A stretch of 32,000 nt of DNA from a bacterium. GTDB taxonomy: Bacteria > Actinomycetota > Thermoleophilia > RBG-16-64-13. The notes below the pieces were generated by a model, which saw only the letters and a program-made list of their open reading frames with translations, was not told where the DNA came from and did not search any database. The stretch spans positions 12,051 to 44,050 of the forward strand of contig JAZDLO010000130.1 in NCBI GenBank assembly GCA_043801935.1. Reading direction: 5' to 3'. Position 1 is the stretch's first letter, and every line of letters starts with the position of its first letter. A program made the position numbers and the translations under genes. Of this stretch, positions 31,623-32,000 are shown in pieces.

Positions 31623-32000
31623 GTGCCGTCGGCGACCGGCTCACGTACCAGAAAGGCGAGCTCGACGATCTCATCACCTGCGGGCAAACTCGCGACAAGG
31701 TCGCGCCGCTGGACTGTGTGGGCTGTGGCACTCGCGCTGACCGTTGGGCCGGTATGGGCCGGGGGGTGCGGGTCGTCCGCGGCGACGATCACGACCTCGG
31801 GCGCCATAACGACCTCGGGCGCCGCCGTCACCACCAGCGCTACGGCCAAGCTGGACAAGCTCACCCTGGTTGCTCCGCCCGGACCTATGGCCATACCGCT
31901 GGCGTACATGGCGGTCAACAACAAGCTGGCCGACGTGGCCGAGAAGACGGAAGTGGTGGTCTGGCAGAACGCCGAGCAGCTCAAAGCCATGGTGGCCGGC
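31623..32000 (+). CDS. Putative Tat/lipoprotein-signal substrate-binding protein, 5' part only (start uncertain; ATG 31575 is an alternative); continues beyond window end
   Basis: Frame 3 reads ..KLATRSRRWTVWAVALALTVGPVWAGGCGSSAATITTSGAITTSGAAVTTSATAKLDKLTLVAPPGPMAIPLAYMAVNNKLADVAEKTEVVVWQNAEQLKAMVAG. That gives a twin-Arg-like n-region, an h-region, the lipobox AGGC, an S/T/A linker, and then an SBP-like body. GC3 is high. It is not in the ORF track because no stop lies within the window. Confidence 0.55.
   Translation, partial: MPSATGSRTRKASSTISSPAGKLATRSRRWTVWAVALALTVGPVWAGGCGSSAATITTSGAITTSGAAVTTSATAKLDKLTLVAPPGPMAIPLAYMAVNNKLADVAEKTEVVVWQNAEQLKAMVAG
31788..31823 (+). repeat. Tandem 18-nt duplication inside the lipoprotein linker
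   Basis: ATCACGACCTCGGGCGCC / ATAACGACCTCGGGCGCC (17/18 identical), encoding ITTSGA twice. Confidence 0.8.

Noticed and set aside
1-32000. CRISPR arrays, transposases/IS elements, toxin-antitoxin or phage-defence genes, and in-frame TGA selenocysteine codons in hdrA/mvhD/mvhA
   Set aside because: No regularly spaced direct repeats, no transposase- or integrase-like translations, and no interrupted reading frames were seen in the hydrogenase or Hdr-like genes.

Overview
Visibly GC-rich bacterial DNA with strong third-position GC bias, tightly packed operons and many ATGA/GTGA start-stop overlaps. The taxon cannot be determined from the sequence alone. Left to right: (1) 1-5729 holds a truncated heavy-metal-associated (HMA) gene. 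It is divergent from a BlaI/BlaR1-type repressor/M56-protease pair, which is followed by a DUF2318-like Cys4 membrane protein, two FtsX/MacB-type permeases and an ABC ATPase. (2) 5800-8481 is modABC. (3) 8612-8683 is tRNA-Val(CAC). (4) 9223-17483 is a group-3c-like [NiFe] hydrogenase operon (mvhD-mvhG-mvhA). It is preceded by two non-identical HdrA-like flavoproteins that flank a QmoC-like protein (HdrC-type ferredoxin fused to a 6-TM domain), and followed by a cNMP-binding-domain/zinc-ribbon protein. No HdrB/CCG-domain gene is present. (5) 17605-23811 holds a maturation endopeptidase (minus strand) and hypA-B-F-C-D-E. (6) 24081-28180 is an orphan receiver domain followed by a NuoE-like, a short NuoF-like and a HydA-type [FeFe] hydrogenase gene. 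(7) 28269-31497 (minus strand) encodes an [FeFe]-hydrogenase-like sensory domain fused to a histidine kinase, followed by a receiver-histidine-kinase hybrid. (8) 31623-32000 is a truncated lipoprotein gene missing from the ORF track. The main leads are: a putative H2-sensing multi-kinase relay with no DNA-binding output in the window; a 42-nt promoter/operator core (38/42 identical) shared by the NiFe and FeFe operons; a Qmo-like membrane-anchored HdrA/Mvh module; and a natural Cys-to-Ser change in the HydA TSCCP motif. No CRISPR array, transposase or integrase was recognised. All homology calls come from motif reading by eye, because no searches could be run.
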